64,000 nt of DNA, from the IMG/VR virus record IMGVR_UViG_3300044620_001243; one strand, written 5' to 3'. A program made the position numbers and the translations under genes. Within the stretch, counting starts at the first letter, position 1. Each line of letters starts with the position of its first letter. Below are positions 62,455 through 64,000 of this stretch, piece after piece. Under the pieces are notes generated by a model. It did no database searches. It saw only the letters and a list, made by a program, of their open reading frames with translations, and was not told where the DNA came from. This DNA is from a virus.

Positions 62455-62943
62455 ATGAAACTAAATCAAAACTCACTCTCGGCAAAACTCTATCGTTGGT
62501 TCTATAAAACCGACACAATGCCAACCAACCTATGTCCTTACTTTTGGAAACTGGTCACTGCGGTGATTCTTTCACCTTTGCTTGCAATTCACACCCTACC
62601 CTATGAAATCATCAACTACAAACGTCAGCGTTGGGATACATACAGTGATATGCTCGGAATATCGCTTGTTTGTTGGTGCCTTATCGCTGTTGTTATTTGC
62701 ATGATTTCATCATTGGGTCTTTTCTTTTACATCCCTGATAAGGGTTCATCACTTTGGACAATGATGTCAATCGGTCTTATTTGTTGGGGTACCCTTATCC
62801 TAGTTGGCATTACTTGGGCTATTACTAAAACAGTAGTATACTTAAAATCAAAGAAGAGTGATAATGAAAAGACAGACAACATCATCGTTGAAATGGTGAA
62901 AGCAAAGTATCACAAATACTGCCCTAAAATTGATTGGAAGTAA
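62455..62943 (+). CDS. membrane protein (cassette)
   Basis: 162 aa with about 4 TM helices, between elements 62329 and 62951. Confidence 0.55.
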   Translation: MKLNQNSLSAKLYRWFYKTDTMPTNLCPYFWKLVTAVILSPLLAIHTLPYEIINYKRQRWDTYSDMLGISLVCWCLIAVVICMISSLGLFFYIPDKGSSLWTMMSIGLICWGTLILVGITWAITKTVVYLKSKKSDNEKTDNIIVEMVKAKYHKYCPKIDWK

Positions 62944-62950
62944 AACAAAT

Positions 62951-63028
62951 AGTCAGGTGGCGGAATGGTAACGCAGCTCGCGGTGTACACAAAGGGGTGA
63001 ATTGCAGGTTCGAATCCTGTCCTGACTA
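62951..63028 (+). ncRNA. tRNA-Leu-like shell RNA 16 (shortest)
   Basis: 78 nt; 29-nt centre tested at every register for a 5-7-5 arm, none found. Confidence 0.5.
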
Positions 63029-63047
63029 CAATAAAAAAACAAAACAA

Positions 63048-63320
63048 ATGAAAAGACTATTTTTATTTCTTCTCAGAAGATACAGCAACACTGAATCACA
63101 ACGAATGGAAATTTACCGTGAGTTGTGGGAAAAAACCAAAGAGGAATATTGGGCACAAACCGCATTTGGAAATGTCTACAATATGAATATTGAGGTTCTA
63201 ATGGCAAATCCATTTTTCGAAAGTAGAGTTAAGTTAGGAGAGGATGAACATTTAAGAATGTTAAAAGCTGGACTATCAGATTCATTTGACGATAGTGTTG
63301 AATATATCCTGAATGGTTGA
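63048..63320 (+). CDS. hypothetical protein (cassette)
   Basis: 90 aa from ATG 63048; the track ORF start at 62934 reads through the tRNA-like element and is rejected. Confidence 0.45.
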   Translation: MKRLFLFLLRRYSNTESQRMEIYRELWEKTKEEYWAQTAFGNVYNMNIEVLMANPFFESRVKLGEDEHLRMLKAGLSDSFDDSVEYILNG

Positions 63321-63374
63321 AAAAATTAATTTACTGTTTCTCTAAATTTAAAAATATGTCAGATTTCAAAGGTA

Positions 63375-63424
63375 GTAAATTTTTCTTTGGAGATTCGGAA
63401 AATCAAAATTTATTACTTATATTT
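63375..63424 (+). repeat. 50-nt promoter-bearing repeat, copy 1
   Basis: GTAAATTTTTCTTTGGAGATTCGGAAAATCAAAATTTATTACTTATATTT. Confidence 0.7.
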
Positions 63425-63425
63425 A
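63418..63425 (+). promoter_or_regulatory. -7 box TATATTTA inside the 50-nt repeat
   Basis: 24 nt upstream of ATG 63450. Confidence 0.45.
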
Positions 63426-63449
63426 GGCCATAATTAAACAAAAAATAAG

Positions 63450-63638
63450 ATGGAAAAACAATTGAATATATCTGATGATAGAAGTAGTAAAATTATATAC
63501 ACAGTTGTACCTTACTTTTCAAATGGATATGAAGTAAATCAAAATGATGTAAAATCTTTCACTGATTTTAAAAAAGCGGAAGAATATACATGGACATTAA
63601 ACTGTCATTTTGATGTGATTGAAAATGAACTTATATAA
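63450..63638 (+). CDS. hypothetical protein
   Basis: 62 aa ORF downstream of repeated promoter module. Confidence 0.45.
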   Translation: MEKQLNISDDRSSKIIYTVVPYFSNGYEVNQNDVKSFTDFKKAEEYTWTLNCHFDVIENELI

Positions 63639-63687
63639 TTTTATTTCATATAACGTCCGCACTTGATTTGAAATTAATTTTAAAACT

Positions 63688-63885
63688 ATGAACGGAAGAA
63701 AATTATACAGAGAGTATGCTCAAAGTAAAGGTAAAGAAGCAAAGGAATTTGTAAAAATAGAAGAAGATTGGTACAACCAAGACACATTAATTACGAAAGA
63801 TAACAAAGGTAATGAAGAACGAACAAGTATTAATTACAAAGACCTTGTGAACTGGATTATACGTACCGTACCCAATGGTGCGTAA
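63688..63885 (+). CDS. hypothetical protein
   Basis: 65 aa ORF. Confidence 0.45.
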   Translation: MNGRKLYREYAQSKGKEAKEFVKIEEDWYNQDTLITKDNKGNEERTSINYKDLVNWIIRTVPNGA

Positions 63886-63903
63886 CGTCCACAAATATGA
63901 GTG

Positions 63904-63953
63904 GTAAATTTTTCTTTGGAGATTCGGAAAATCAAAATTTATTACTTATATTT
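63904..63953 (+). repeat. 50-nt promoter-bearing repeat, copy 2
   Basis: Identical 50-mer; a partial relative (GGAAAATCAAAATTTACTTCGTATATTTA) lies at 38384-38412. Confidence 0.7.
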
Positions 63954-63954
63954 G
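63947..63954 (+). promoter_or_regulatory. -7 box TATATTTG inside the 50-nt repeat
   Basis: Second copy of the promoter module near the window end. Confidence 0.45.
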
Positions 63955-64000
63955 CTGTTAGAAATAGTTAGACATAATTGTTTCTAACGGTTGGGTATAT

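Noticed and set aside
1-64000. Alternative genetic code (stop-codon reassignment, as in some Bacteroidota phages)
   Set aside because: Long ORFs with intact conserved motifs are obtained with the standard code. Genes end at TAA, TAG and TGA with tight ATGA/TAATG coupling, and no tRNA with a CUA, UCA or UUA anticodon was found. The single in-frame TAA at 31815 is reported separately.

Overview
This window is a very AT-rich stretch of densely packed genes, almost all on the + strand, with many ATGA start/stop overlaps. It looks like an accessory region of a large dsDNA bacteriophage. Intergenic regions repeatedly carry the Bacteroidota-type promoter (TTTG, about 19-20 nt, then TAnnTTTG/A), and several ORFs have Bacteroidota-style lipoprotein signals, so the host is probably a Bacteroidota (Flavobacteriia-like) bacterium. 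No capsid, tail or replication core genes were recognised. Recognisable genes fall into five groups. (1) Metabolic genes: type II glutamine synthetase, a long-form thymidylate synthase with extra inserts, an aminotransferase, RpiB, a nitrilase-family hydrolase, an LpxH-like phosphoesterase, a GT2 glycosyltransferase, and an NDP-hexose 2,3-dehydratase plus ketoreductase pair. (2) DNA-related genes: a DNA methyltransferase, a UvrD-like helicase and a PD-(D/E)XK-like nuclease. (3) A holin-like protein followed by an M23 peptidase. (4) Repeat-protein families: three MORN/YwqK-type proteins, three tandem DUF4116-like paralogs, and a PVVEE-repeat protein built from a 504-bp higher-order repeat. (5) An RNA-repair toolkit: a T4 RnlA-like RNA ligase, a PNK-like P-loop kinase, metallophosphoesterases, and HD and HAD proteins. 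The most unusual content is non-coding. Two regions (about 41.5-48.4 kb and 60.9-63.1 kb) hold three canonical tRNAs (Met-CAU, Glu-UUC, Lys-UUU), one plausible tRNA-Leu(UAA), and 15 further copies of a tRNA-Leu-derived 'shell'. These copies keep near-identical acceptor, D and T arms, but the anticodon arm is replaced by an unrelated 29-108 nt cassette. The shells alternate tightly with small ORFs, like tRNA punctuation, and are surrounded by decayed fragments of the same unit. All calls rest on reading the sequence and recalling family motifs. No database search or folding program was run.
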